A stretch of 64,000 nucleotides of DNA, taken from the IMG/VR virus record IMGVR_UViG_3300008116_000018; one strand, given 5' to 3'. Shown here piece by piece: positions 34,694 through 44,569 of the stretch. Under the pieces are notes generated by a model. The model saw only the letters and a list, made by a program, of their open reading frames with translations. It made no database searches and was not told the DNA's origin. Source of the stretch: a virus. The position numbers and the translations under genes are program-made. Numbering within the stretch: the stretch's first letter is position 1; each line of letters begins with the position of its first letter.

Positions 34694-35400
34694 TCTGATA
34701 CCCTCACTCCATTTGGTGCGATATTTCCTTCTACACCAACTTTACCAATATTCTCAATTAACGCAGGATCAAGGTGATGAAACAATAAATGTTCAATGTC
34801 AATGTATCCCTTTGCGTTCAATCTATCTGTCATGTGATTAAACATGTCAGTATAAATGTCTCGAACGTATGGAAGTAAGAATGCATCGAAACTCCACAAG
34901 CGACTCATGTATTGCAATGAAACACCGCCTGTAATATTTGAATTGAATTGGCTTGTGAAAGGACCACGAATGACAACCATGTCTTTAGCTTGCATGTGTT
35001 TGTCATAGTTGAAGTCATCATTCAACGTATAACGTCCACTCATCTTAAAGATACGCTTATACTTTTCACGCCAACCATCTTCAACTGCTTTATCAAAGAA
35101 CGAACCGAATACGATAATCTCAATCATATTCTTTACGATATCGTGATTTGGCACTTGCTGAAGTTGTTGAACATTCTCTGCGTCAGCAAAACTATAAAAT
35201 CTTTTAATGTGTGGTGATAAGATATCACGTTCTTTTTCTGTGATATCTTGATATCCACCATCTAGTATAATGATTTCTGCATCACACTTGTTTCTGATAG
35301 ACTTGCAAGTTTCAATAGTTTGTTCAAGTCTTGTTTGAGTATCATACACACCATGCTTTGCATGAATCGCAGACGATACTAAGAATACACCATCACTCAT
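34690..35400 (-). CDS. glycosyltransferase-like protein
   Basis: RLEQTIET..SI, IFKMSGRY, DIEH. Confidence 0.6.
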   Translation of the reverse strand: MSDGVFLVSSAIHAKHGVYDTQTRLEQTIETCKSIRNKCDAEIIILDGGYQDITEKERDILSPHIKRFYSFADAENVQQLQQVPNHDIVKNMIEIIVFGSFFDKAVEDGWREKYKRIFKMSGRYTLNDDFNYDKHMQAKDMVVIRGPFTSQFNSNITGGVSLQYMSRLWSFDAFLLPYVRDIYTDMFNHMTDRLNAKGYIDIEHLLFHHLDPALIENIGKVGVEGNIAPNGVRVSD

Positions 35401-36055
35401 TTGTCTTCCTCACTTTTTTAGCAGGCACCTTTTTGGGGGCTGGTTTGGCTCTAGGTTTTTTAACTTTAGCCTCTGCCTCTTTCATTATATCTTCTCCACG
35501 TTTGTTCAGGCGTTTGAACACTTCTTCTGGTTCCATCCAGATATCTTTGTTCTCTAGCATTGATTTGATTTCAAGATCAGTTAAGAACCCGTCATAAATG
35601 CTACGCATGAATTTATCTGACCATTTGCGTTCATACATGATGTTGTCATACATCTCACCACCCTTACCAATTGTTCCACCCGAATAGTTGTGGAACATAA
35701 ACATAGAATGTTCTGAGATTTCAAATCCATCGCCAGACAAGAACACCATCGTAGCCGCAGACATACATGCGCCTTCTACTGATGTTAAAATGTTTGCTTG
35801 AGATTCGGACATGACACGCATCAACTGTACAGCAGTAAATAGATTACCACCAGAAGAATTGATGTGAATTTTGATAACATCATTCTCTGTTGCATTTCTA
35901 ATGATTTCGAACCACTCAACGTAATCGTCTGGAGATGTTATTTCTCCGACCAAATACAATGTGTATAGTTGTCCTAGTACTTTTGGTTGTCTAGGTTTCT
36001 TAGCGTCATCTAAGCCAAACAAAGAACTAATTTTTTCTTCTTCCATGATTATCAC
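35393..36055 (-). CDS. clpP: ClpP-like protease
   Basis: HINSSGG, CMSAAT (Ser), FMFH (His), KDIWM. Confidence 0.85.
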   Translation of the reverse strand: MIIMEEEKISSLFGLDDAKKPRQPKVLGQLYTLYLVGEITSPDDYVEWFEIIRNATENDVIKIHINSSGGNLFTAVQLMRVMSESQANILTSVEGACMSAATMVFLSGDGFEISEHSMFMFHNYSGGTIGKGGEMYDNIMYERKWSDKFMRSIYDGFLTDLEIKSMLENKDIWMEPEEVFKRLNKRGEDIMKEAEAKVKKPRAKPAPKKVPAKKVRKTNE

Positions 36056-36080
36056 TTTCTATAGTAATATAGAGTATACT

Positions 36081-36665
36081 CTATTTTGTTTCGGATGTCA
36101 AACTGTCAACTCCATATTTGCACAACCAATATGCATCAATCAAGTCGGAAGAAGGATTCCATTGCTTCTCAGTCATATGTAGTTCTTCTTTTAAACGAAT
36201 GTCATTGAATTCTTCAAAAACTTCTTGCATCCGTTCTTTATTTGCATTGCCCTTACCAGTGGCATATTTCTTAAGTACTGTTGGTGGTATCTCTGTGCAT
36301 TCAACACCAAACAACCACAATCTATATTTTAGAATGCCAGCGTTCTCTGCAATGTTGAATACTCTGCCTTTTGATCCCATAGAATATCCTTCTAGGAATA
36401 CGTGACATTGTTTGTCTGTCTCTAACAGTCTATCGATGAAGAAATTTGATATACCATCATATCTTAATACGTCAGTCATTCCTTCGTGGTCGAAAAACTT
36501 ACCTCTTATATTTTTAAATTGTACATCATATTTTCTAGATTGAGTTAGAAAATAAAAATTACAATCAGAAAAATTAAAGTGTCCAATCCTATCATTATCG
36601 TCTCCTGTATCAAATACACACATTGCAGGGCACGTTAGCGAATAATCTACTCCTGCTACGATCAT
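36081..36665 (-). CDS. RuvC-like Holliday junction resolvase
   Basis: GVDYS, LEGYS, PTVLKKYATGKGNANK, DLIDAY. Confidence 0.85.
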   Translation of the reverse strand: MIVAGVDYSLTCPAMCVFDTGDDNDRIGHFNFSDCNFYFLTQSRKYDVQFKNIRGKFFDHEGMTDVLRYDGISNFFIDRLLETDKQCHVFLEGYSMGSKGRVFNIAENAGILKYRLWLFGVECTEIPPTVLKKYATGKGNANKERMQEVFEEFNDIRLKEELHMTEKQWNPSSDLIDAYWLCKYGVDSLTSETK

Positions 36666-36871
36666 CTATCGTCTTCCGAGGACCATTCATCATCTTCTAT
36701 TAGTTTGTCCCACTCTTCATCTGTCCACTCTTCGTCTTTTTCCGAAATTGCATCATCGGTTATTGTTGAACCGCAATAGGCGCAATTTGTTGGGGGTGTG
36801 TCTGTTCCTACTAATGGTGTTACTGAATACTCAGCCGCACATGAATCGCAGAATACGTTATATGTTGTCAT
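36662..36871 (-). CDS. Zn-ribbon protein with acidic tail
   Basis: CDSC...CAYCG. Confidence 0.75.
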   Translation of the reverse strand: MTTYNVFCDSCAAEYSVTPLVGTDTPPTNCAYCGSTITDDAISEKDEEWTDEEWDKLIEDDEWSSEDDR

Positions 36872-36881
36872 TTTTTTCTCC

Positions 36882-37514
36882 TTATTCGTACATTACTGTA
36901 TCAGCATCACCAATCGCCCATTTTGGATTTTGCTCTACAATGTATTTTTTAGTACAGACTTTAAAGTCTGGGAATAGCATCTCTTTTGGATTGCTTGCGG
37001 CGTCAAGCCATATGCAACGGTTGTTTGGTTGTGCCGCATATTGTCCGTTGTCTAGTTCTAAGAAATTATATGATTTATGGTCTTCTGGATTTTCGCTATC
37101 GCCCATATCTAGATATTCATCTGATGCACAATTGTCAACAGTAAACATGTAGTTACCAGAATACCATTGTTTATCTTTAGCGTAAAACTTACCACTTAGA
37201 TTCATTAGAAATGATTTTTGTATTACAGTAAGGTCATACGACAAACAGTCCCATATCTGTAAATGGTCTAGAGGCAAAAATTTATCTCTATCTAAATTGT
37301 GATTTCTACTTACATATGCTTCTAAAGGAAGTTTATCGTACAATGCGCCATACTCAGGCAAATACGATTCAATAAAAAATGCCCTACGGCTCATCGATTT
37401 AATTGATACCCAAATACAAGGTACGTATTCACCAAAGCCTTTTTCAAAATTATAAAGAAATTCTTTTCTTACGTAACATCTAACTCTTGGTGTGTTTGCG
37501 ACTAAAAAACTCAT
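36882..37514 (-). CDS. conserved phage protein
   Basis: GALYDKLPL, LQIWDC, EDHKSYN, AAQPNNR. Confidence 0.8.
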   Translation of the reverse strand: MSFLVANTPRVRCYVRKEFLYNFEKGFGEYVPCIWVSIKSMSRRAFFIESYLPEYGALYDKLPLEAYVSRNHNLDRDKFLPLDHLQIWDCLSYDLTVIQKSFLMNLSGKFYAKDKQWYSGNYMFTVDNCASDEYLDMGDSENPEDHKSYNFLELDNGQYAAQPNNRCIWLDAASNPKEMLFPDFKVCTKKYIVEQNPKWAIGDADTVMYE

Positions 37515-37531
37515 TTAATATCTTCTCCAAT

Positions 37532-37681
37532 TTACCAATGCCTTATAACGCCTGCTACAATAAACAGGTTCGTTATTATATAGCAAAGCACAATACATGT
37601 TCTAATGATTGCAACTTTGTCGGACTCTCTGTCACATGCACTAGCCTTATCGCCCAATGATTTTGCCCACAATCTCCACAT
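37532..37681 (-). CDS. small membrane protein (49 aa, not in ORF track)
   Basis: MWRLWAKSLGDKA...DKVAIIRT...IVAGVIRHW; GAGG SD. Confidence 0.7.
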   Translation of the reverse strand: MWRLWAKSLGDKASACDRESDKVAIIRTCIVLCYIITNLFIVAGVIRHW

Positions 37682-37692
37682 GAACACCTCAA

Positions 37693-38163
37693 TTAATTAC
37701 ACCAAGAAGTTTTAGCCTCGCCGTAGTATTCACGGGCTAGACCATTTGCAATCAATGCTTGACGTAGACTCTTTCCATCTAAAATAACATCACCAAGAAC
37801 ACGACCACCATACTTGTCCCAGTCCATTAAAACGATTTGACGTTTCTGTGCGGAGATAACTGCTTGCTTTGTGAATTCAGTAGCCCTTTTACCCATCACA
37901 TCTTCTTTTGGGCATTGCGCTCTGTGTCCTTTTTCTGGTGTGTCAACACCAAAGACACGAATGCTTAATTCTTTTTTGAGTGGATCAGGAAGGAATGTCG
38001 CTTCAAACGCAACAGTATCCCCATCAATAACCCTAGTAATATTAGCGTCATAGGTAACTCCAGCCTTTTGTTTTCCTGTTTGTGCGTGTGCATTCAATGC
38101 AGAAAATGTAAATCCTGCAACAATCAATGCAAGAGCAAAAAATACATATGTTAATTGTTTCAT
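37693..38163 (-). CDS. thermonuclease (SNase-like), signal peptide
   Basis: VIDGDT, RVFGVDTPE, DKYGGRVLG, GLAREY. Confidence 0.9.
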   Translation of the reverse strand: MKQLTYVFFALALIVAGFTFSALNAHAQTGKQKAGVTYDANITRVIDGDTVAFEATFLPDPLKKELSIRVFGVDTPEKGHRAQCPKEDVMGKRATEFTKQAVISAQKRQIVLMDWDKYGGRVLGDVILDGKSLRQALIANGLAREYYGEAKTSWCN

Positions 38164-39155
38164 GCCGCTTTACCCCATACGTCTGCCCAATCACCTTTTG
38201 TAGCACCCTTTGCATAATCGGTTGCTCTGTTCTCAAAGAAATTTGTATGCGTTGGTGCATTAATCATTTCTTCAACCCAAGGTAATGGATTCTTCTTAAC
38301 TTTAAAAATGCCTTTTAGTCCAAGACTGATAAGGCGCCTGTCTGCAATGTAACGAATGTACTTCTTAACTTCTTCTGAAGTGAGTCCTTCCATTTCATTG
38401 ATGCCGAATGCTAAATCGATAAACTTGTCTTCGAGTTCAACCATTCGTTCTGCAATAGTATATATCTTAGATTTTAATTCGTCATTCCAAATCTCATTAT
38501 TTTCTTGAATGAATGTTCTGAATAATTTAATCATAGATTCGGCATGTTGTGTTTCATCAACAATCGACCAAGTAATAATCTGACCCATGCCTCTCATCTT
38601 ACCCATACGTGGAAAGTTCAATAGCATAATGAATGAAGAGAACAACTGCATCCCTTCAGTGAAAGCACTGAACACGGCGATGTGGGTTGCAGTTGATTGT
38701 AAATCCCCATTTGCATTTGAAATGTCTAGCACATAATCGTGCTTGTCTTTCATTTCTTGATATGCTAAGAATTCGTTATATGTTGTATCTGGCAGACCTA
38801 ATGTCTCAATCAAGTGTGAGTATGCGGCAACGTGCAATGCTTCTCTAGCGGCAAAGCCAAGCAACATCATTCTTACTTCTGGTTGCTTGAAGTATGGTAG
38901 ATAGTTTTTTACGTAGCCACCAGCAACGTCAATGTCACCTTGTGTGAAGAAACGAAAAATGTTTGTGAGAAAATGTTTCTCTTCTGCTGTTAATTTTTTC
39001 TTCCAATCTTTCACATCTTCAGCCATTGGTACTTCTGTGTGTAGCCAATGACTCTGTTCGTGCTTCAGCCAAGCATCATACGCCCACGGATAATTAAATG
39101 GCTTGAACGCATCTCTGCCATCCATTAAATTACTTTTTACTTTTGTTGCACTCAT
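38160..39155 (-). CDS. nrdB: ribonucleotide reductase class I beta subunit
   Basis: FFTQGD, EALH..AY, EGMQLFSSF, DETQH, NFFE. Confidence 0.95.
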   Translation of the reverse strand: MSATKVKSNLMDGRDAFKPFNYPWAYDAWLKHEQSHWLHTEVPMAEDVKDWKKKLTAEEKHFLTNIFRFFTQGDIDVAGGYVKNYLPYFKQPEVRMMLLGFAAREALHVAAYSHLIETLGLPDTTYNEFLAYQEMKDKHDYVLDISNANGDLQSTATHIAVFSAFTEGMQLFSSFIMLLNFPRMGKMRGMGQIITWSIVDETQHAESMIKLFRTFIQENNEIWNDELKSKIYTIAERMVELEDKFIDLAFGINEMEGLTSEEVKKYIRYIADRRLISLGLKGIFKVKKNPLPWVEEMINAPTHTNFFENRATDYAKGATKGDWADVWGKAA

Positions 39156-39162
39156 TTTTTTA

Positions 39163-39471
39163 TTATTCTCCGAATTGTATTCTTCTGTTTGGGTAATTGT
39201 TTATAAAATATTTAAACATACTTTCAACGTTAGGCTGTTGTGTGATGAATGCATTCGTGTCTTTTTCGTAGACAAAAATTTGTCCTTCAACGATTTCACT
39301 CTTGCAAAACATAACTTCTCTTACCATATTTTTATATTTAACTTGTTCCGCTTCAGCAAGAACTTTATCAATTTCATTTTCTCTTACTTGAAATCGTTTT
39401 TTCAAATCTCTGAATAAGAAATAAATTGACAATACAACTAAAAATATTACGTCTGAGGTTGAGAATTCCAT
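39163..39471 (-). CDS. membrane-anchored hypothetical protein
   Basis: N-terminal TM. Confidence 0.65.
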   Translation of the reverse strand: MEFSTSDVIFLVVLSIYFLFRDLKKRFQVRENEIDKVLAEAEQVKYKNMVREVMFCKSEIVEGQIFVYEKDTNAFITQQPNVESMFKYFINNYPNRRIQFGE

Positions 39472-39714
39472 TTAAGCTCCTAACCAAGTTTCTATTTCAT
39501 TTTTCATTTTCATGCCAGAGAATCGTTTAACTTCAATGTCACCATCTATCATCACTAAAGTTGGGACACCACGAATGCCATAGTCCATTGCGATTTGTTG
39601 ATTCTCATCAATGTCAATAACTTCAATTGGAATTTGAGTATCAACGTCTTCTAATGTCTTTGCTAACATCTTACATGGCTGACACCATGATGCTGTAAAT
39701 CTAAGTACTTTCAT
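39472..39714 (-). CDS. thioredoxin
   Basis: WCQPC, GVPT. Confidence 0.92.
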   Translation of the reverse strand: MKVLRFTASWCQPCKMLAKTLEDVDTQIPIEVIDIDENQQIAMDYGIRGVPTLVMIDGDIEVKRFSGMKMKNEIETWLGA

Positions 39715-39716
39715 TT

Positions 39717-41498
39717 TTATCCTTCACATGCGAGACATGCATCACCATCGATGAGTGCTTTCATGTCGAGTTCTTTAATTACTTCACGCTCAATGCGTTT
39801 TGATACCTTGTCTGCTTTACCAATCTTCTCTGAACGACAGTAGTACAATGTTTTGAGGCCTTGCTTCCATGCTTGAAAGTGTACTGCATGTAGATACATG
39901 ATGTTCACATCAGGTCGGAAGAATAGATTCAATGACTGTGCTTGATCGATATACTCTTGTCTATCTGCGGCATGATTAACTAACCAACGTTGGTCAATCT
40001 CCATAGAAGTCTTGAATACGTCTTTAGTCCAATCATCTAGAATATCTAAGTGCTGTACACTACCATCATTTGCAATAATGCTAGACCAGACTGTCTGATA
40101 TTCATCATCTGATTTTACTACACTTTTGATGATCCTGTCAAGCCACTTGTTTTTGGCTAATGATGAGCCCGATAAAGTGTCCTGACGATAAGCGTTAGCA
40201 CGATAAGGTTCGATACTAGGGCTAGTATTTCCCATGATGATAGACGAAGAAGCATTTGGAGCAACAGCCATAAGATGGCTAAAACGTTGACCAGTGCCAA
40301 CAGCATCAAGAGCCTCACCTCGCTCTTTACCCAATTTAAGATTCGCAACATTTAATCCATCCCTGATGTGTTTAAAGATTTGTTTGTTTCTTCCGACTGC
40401 GAGTGCTGACTCGAACGGTACGTTATTTCGTTGTAGATAAGCGTGAAAGCCCAAAGCACCGACACCAATACTGCGCTCACGTATGGCAGAATACCTTGCA
40501 CGTTCAACGGCGGCAGGAGCATTATCAATAAAATACTGAAGAACATTGTCGAGCATTTCAGCAATATCAGCAAGGAATAAAGGATCATTCTTCCATTCAT
40601 CAAAGTACTCCAAATTAACTGAAGACAAACAACATACTGCTGTTCTATCTTTGTCTGTAGGTAAAATAATTTCAGAACACAAGTTCGATTGCTTGATGCT
40701 GAGTCCCAACTTCTTCTGAAATTCTGGCATAGCACGATTGCTTGCGTCAATGAAATGTAGATATGGTTCACCAGTCTGCATACGAATATCAAGCACACGT
40801 TGCCACAAGTCTTTAGCAGAAACTACTTCACGCACTTCATTGTTGTGTGGGTCTCTTAATTCCCAAGAGTCATCTGCATCTTTGTCTTGCATACATCGTT
40901 CAACGATTTGCATGAATGAATCTGGAATGTTGATGCCGTGATGCAAGTTCAATGTGCGTAGATTGGGATCACCTGTCGGCTTTCTCATCTCAAGAAATAA
41001 GAGAATATCAGGATGAGAAATATCAAGATAAGTAGCGTAGGAACCACGGCGAGTCCTACCTTGTCTGTAAGCGAGAGATGATGCGTCATACGTGCGAAGG
41101 TGGGGCATGACTCCAACCGATTTATCATCCGAACTGCGAATGCCGACACCGATGCCGACACCACCACCCAACATCGAAAGCCAATTGACTTCAGCGAGAC
41201 AGTTAACAAGACCTTCTGCACTATCGTGTAGATATGGAAGAAAACATGAAATAGGGAGCCCACGACTACTGCGACCAAAAGAAAGAATGGGAGTAGAATA
41301 AGACAACCAATGCCTACTGCTGTATTCATATAATCGCTGTGCATGTTCTGGATTGCTACCAAACGCTTCTGAAACATGAGCAAACCTTTCTTGTGGAGAA
41401 TTTTCATCCTCCTTCATATAACTTTCTTTCAATCTTTTAATACCTAACTCATCGAATAGCGAATCTCTACTATAGTCGATTACAATATCAGTTGTCAT
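39717..41498 (-). CDS. nrdA: ribonucleotide reductase class I alpha subunit (no ATP cone)
   Basis: ISCF, SNLCSEI, APNASSS, LKTLYY, CLACEG. Confidence 0.95.
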   Translation of the reverse strand: MTTDIVIDYSRDSLFDELGIKRLKESYMKEDENSPQERFAHVSEAFGSNPEHAQRLYEYSSRHWLSYSTPILSFGRSSRGLPISCFLPYLHDSAEGLVNCLAEVNWLSMLGGGVGIGVGIRSSDDKSVGVMPHLRTYDASSLAYRQGRTRRGSYATYLDISHPDILLFLEMRKPTGDPNLRTLNLHHGINIPDSFMQIVERCMQDKDADDSWELRDPHNNEVREVVSAKDLWQRVLDIRMQTGEPYLHFIDASNRAMPEFQKKLGLSIKQSNLCSEIILPTDKDRTAVCCLSSVNLEYFDEWKNDPLFLADIAEMLDNVLQYFIDNAPAAVERARYSAIRERSIGVGALGFHAYLQRNNVPFESALAVGRNKQIFKHIRDGLNVANLKLGKERGEALDAVGTGQRFSHLMAVAPNASSSIIMGNTSPSIEPYRANAYRQDTLSGSSLAKNKWLDRIIKSVVKSDDEYQTVWSSIIANDGSVQHLDILDDWTKDVFKTSMEIDQRWLVNHAADRQEYIDQAQSLNLFFRPDVNIMYLHAVHFQAWKQGLKTLYYCRSEKIGKADKVSKRIEREVIKELDMKALIDGDACLACEG

Positions 41499-42206
41499 TC
41501 AAGTTCCTTCTCGTATACTTTTAATTATTGGAAATACCTTTGCAATTACTTCAGCACACGCCCTTGCAATTTCTGCGTGTTCTTTTTGTGTTCCGTTACC
41601 ATCTCTCAAATCGATGTAGTGGATCCATGATCTAAGTGTGCCATTAGCATAGAGCCTCGATACTGTAAGACCCTCTGGCAAAACTGCTCTCGCTTGCTCT
41701 TTTGCAATACCATTCTTAATAGCCCATTCATATTCTTTTTTTACTGCGTACAATACTCGCTTCTGGGCACGTTCCCATTCATATGCTAATAGTTTTTGCT
41801 TTTCATCGGACATATCAAGTTCTACAGAATTCTGACGATTCTTTGTGTCTTGCATTCTCGCTTCACGTAAAACAAATGCGTCATCAAGTTCGGCTGTAGG
41901 ATCAGCATAACGTTGACTGAATTCTTGAAACGAAAAACTTCTATGTCTCAATAACTGTCTTGCAATGTCTCTTGTTGTTTCTACTTCAATACATGCTGAC
42001 ACCATTTCAAGCGGCGACCAATGCTTATGCTTAATGAGATACTTGATAAGTTTCTCAGACGTTTCGCTGTTGGCTTGATTTGATGGGTTTGATACTCTTG
42101 CACAGTATGCTACAAGGTCTTGTAGATTTGGTAAATCGAATTCAAATTCATCTTGTTTGTTTGCCTCAATCGCTTGTTGTGAATAACTTATTAATTTTAT
42201 GTTCAT
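41499..42206 (-). CDS. thyX: flavin-dependent thymidylate synthase
   Basis: HWSPLE, RHRSFSFQEFSQRY, TQKEH. Confidence 0.95.
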   Translation of the reverse strand: MNIKLISYSQQAIEANKQDEFEFDLPNLQDLVAYCARVSNPSNQANSETSEKLIKYLIKHKHWSPLEMVSACIEVETTRDIARQLLRHRSFSFQEFSQRYADPTAELDDAFVLREARMQDTKNRQNSVELDMSDEKQKLLAYEWERAQKRVLYAVKKEYEWAIKNGIAKEQARAVLPEGLTVSRLYANGTLRSWIHYIDLRDGNGTQKEHAEIARACAEVIAKVFPIIKSIREGT

Positions 42207-43225
42207 CTCATCTTCCATATGTTGTATTCAAGTAGTGCTTTAGGACCACGAAAAGTAAATTTATTTATAGTATTCAAGATTTCATCCTGCGCTTTTCCGG
42301 CGAGTATCATATCATTTATATCTTTTTCTTCATACGTTTTGGGCCATATCACTACATTTGCATCTGTACTAATTGCATCACCAATCTCTCTCACGATTTC
42401 TTTATTGCGAGGTTCGTTGTCGTAAATCAATACTAACTTATCTTTCGGTAAGTGATTGAGTACATACTTCAGATTGGAGTTGCCAACTGCGACTGCATTG
42501 GGTAAGAATAGACTATCGATTGGTCCCTCAGTAACAAAAATAGTCTGTGTTATATCTATTCCGTTCATGTTGTAAATCATGGGCGAATCATCTTTTATTT
42601 TCATCACAAGATAACGTTGTTTCTCACCACGAATACCTCTGGCAGTCAAGCCAACTAATTCATCATCTCTATCATAGAACGGCAATACGATTCTAGGTTC
42701 TTCAGTCACAATCTTCTCTTCATACTCTGGAGAAAAGACTTTCAACTTCTGAACATTATCAACGTAGTATAGCGTCTTTAATTTGTCTTCAGGAATCTTT
42801 CGTGAACGTGCATATACAATCGCTTCATGCGTATCGTTGAGTTTAGATAGAGGAGTTAGAACACCTTTTAGATTGTCTGTTTTGTTACTGCCGAATACGA
42901 CAGGCTTAAAAATGAATCCGTGTTCTTTGTGCGCTTTGCGACCAGTTTCACCTTCTTTGTATCGCTCTAAGCAATACTCTTTGTAAAGGTTAGCATCAAC
43001 TGCTTTGATTAGACTGCCTAGCGAAATGCTGACTGCACAATTGTGGCACTTGTAGAAGAGTCCACCTTTTTGTGCAAAGATGTATCCACGTGCCTTGTTT
43101 CGATTTGTTTGGGAGTCACCGCAGATAGGGCATCTGAAGTTATAGGTGTAGTCGCCTTTGCGAACAAATTTGTCCAAGCGAACCGAGAGTGTACCAATGT
43201 ACTTTTGGTCAATCCAAATACTCAT
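42203..43225 (-). CDS. 61: DNA primase (gp61)
   Basis: CPICGDS...CHNC Zn finger, EGPIDS, YDNEPRN, KDINDM. Confidence 0.93.
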   Translation of the reverse strand: MSIWIDQKYIGTLSVRLDKFVRKGDYTYNFRCPICGDSQTNRNKARGYIFAQKGGLFYKCHNCAVSISLGSLIKAVDANLYKEYCLERYKEGETGRKAHKEHGFIFKPVVFGSNKTDNLKGVLTPLSKLNDTHEAIVYARSRKIPEDKLKTLYYVDNVQKLKVFSPEYEEKIVTEEPRIVLPFYDRDDELVGLTARGIRGEKQRYLVMKIKDDSPMIYNMNGIDITQTIFVTEGPIDSLFLPNAVAVGNSNLKYVLNHLPKDKLVLIYDNEPRNKEIVREIGDAISTDANVVIWPKTYEEKDINDMILAGKAQDEILNTINKFTFRGPKALLEYNIWKMR

Positions 43226-43252
43226 ATTTTCTCATTATATACAAAAAGTCTA

Positions 43253-43291
43253 TCGAATGTACATTATAGCGTACATTCGACTGGAAGTCAA
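43253..43291 (-). promoter_or_regulatory. sigma70 promoter nested in a 10-bp inverted repeat
   Basis: TTGACT-17-TATAAT; TCGAATGTAC/GTACATTCGA flank the -10. Confidence 0.75.
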
Positions 43292-43726
43292 TTAATTACC
43301 GAATAGTTTTGATACCGCATCTATTTTGATATTGGACATTATCCATGCGAGAACTACAATTGCGCCAGCGGCCATCCATTTCCATTCCATGATCTTACGC
43401 AATTCATTATCTTCTTTTTTATTATGCTCTTGGATTTCTTCACGGAGTGCTTTAATTTCATCCATGATTCTACGTTCCGTCAATTCTACCTTGTCGGAAA
43501 CTTCACGACTAATTGTAGTAATTCTAGAATGCAATTCTTTGATATCCGTGTTGGTATCTGCTTTTCTTTTTTCCATATCGTCATATATTTGATTGACCAT
43601 ACGGTCGTGATTAACCACCAGTTTTTCGATAACTGAGTCCATTTTACTACAAAGCTGTGTTATTGTCAATACTTGATTCTTCAAGACTTCCACATCAACT
43701 TTTAATTCTACTGTAGCATCACTCAT
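43292..43726 (-). CDS. coiled-coil protein with C-terminal TM (lysis-associated?)
   Basis: next to spanins; WKWMAAGAIVVLAW. Confidence 0.6.
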   Translation of the reverse strand: MSDATVELKVDVEVLKNQVLTITQLCSKMDSVIEKLVVNHDRMVNQIYDDMEKRKADTNTDIKELHSRITTISREVSDKVELTERRIMDEIKALREEIQEHNKKEDNELRKIMEWKWMAAGAIVVLAWIMSNIKIDAVSKLFGN

Positions 43727-43992
43727 TTGTTTAACTTCTCGAAAATTATTTTTTGTGTCTCGTACCATTCTATCCAACTGTCATTTCTAACCGCACATTC
43801 GTAATACGTTGTGTAGTTTTCGGTTACTGTTTTAGCTATGTCGGATAACTTAGCATCTTCGTTTAGGGTTTTTAACTGAGGGCACTTAATTTTTATTCTA
43901 TCTGGCGCATCAGGAAACTTTACTGTCACTGGAACGACAGTAGAACACCCCGATATTAATATAAGCAATAATGATGCAAGGTATTTAGTCAT
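43723..43992 (-). CDS. o-spanin-like lipoprotein
   Basis: lipobox ISGC, Pro-rich, two further Cys. Confidence 0.75.
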   Translation of the reverse strand: MTKYLASLLLILISGCSTVVPVTVKFPDAPDRIKIKCPQLKTLNEDAKLSDIAKTVTENYTTYYECAVRNDSWIEWYETQKIIFEKLNK

Positions 43993-44435
43993 CTTGAATC
44001 CTTTGCCGCATTGTTATGCGCTATAAAAAATTCTTTAGGCAGTTCACAAATACCACCTGGCGCAAATTTAGTGTCATACTTTACAACTTCTCTGTCAACA
44101 TACTTGATAACTTCGTTGCCTTGCACTCTAACAATTTCAAGTTTCTTAACTATCTTTTCGACAATCTTTACATTTTCTTTAGCAGACTGCACTTGAACTT
44201 CTGCAACTTTTGCTTCAACATCTTTTACTTTAGCAAGCCAAGATTCATTGTCTGATATAGCACCTGCCATGTATGTACCAAAGCACAATGCTATGATAGA
44301 TATTACTTGTATCGGAATTTGATACAGCGATAAGAATGGAATGAACTTTAGAAAATACGTTGCAACAAGTCCAAGCAATCCTGCAAAGAAGACTGCATAG
44401 AAAACCCAATTAGGCAACCATTCTAAAATCCACAT
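43989..44435 (-). CDS. i-spanin-like protein
   Basis: N-terminal TMs, coiled coil, C-x-LP...HN.AA. Confidence 0.75.
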   Translation of the reverse strand: MWILEWLPNWVFYAVFFAGLLGLVATYFLKFIPFLSLYQIPIQVISIIALCFGTYMAGAISDNESWLAKVKDVEAKVAEVQVQSAKENVKIVEKIVKKLEIVRVQGNEVIKYVDREVVKYDTKFAPGGICELPKEFFIAHNNAAKDSR

Positions 44436-44440
44436 GACAA

Positions 44441-44560
44441 TTACTCTTTAGATGCGAATAATGAACGGACTTTAGTTTCTATTGCTTTAGCCCATTCTGG
44501 TTGAGGAAAGTGCCAACCTACAAATGCACCAACTAAAATCCAAAAAATTGTTTCTAACAT
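44441..44560 (-). CDS. small membrane protein (39 aa, not in ORF track)
   Basis: MLETIFWILVGAFVGWHFPQPEWAK...; AAGGA SD. Confidence 0.7.
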   Translation of the reverse strand: MLETIFWILVGAFVGWHFPQPEWAKAIETKVRSLFASKE

Positions 44561-44569
44561 ATCGTTTCC

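Noticed and set aside
38160-41498. Introns or inteins in nrdA/nrdB (also checked gp41, uvsX and the visible part of gp43)
   Set aside because: The ORFs are continuous with normal lengths and no intein or intron signatures.
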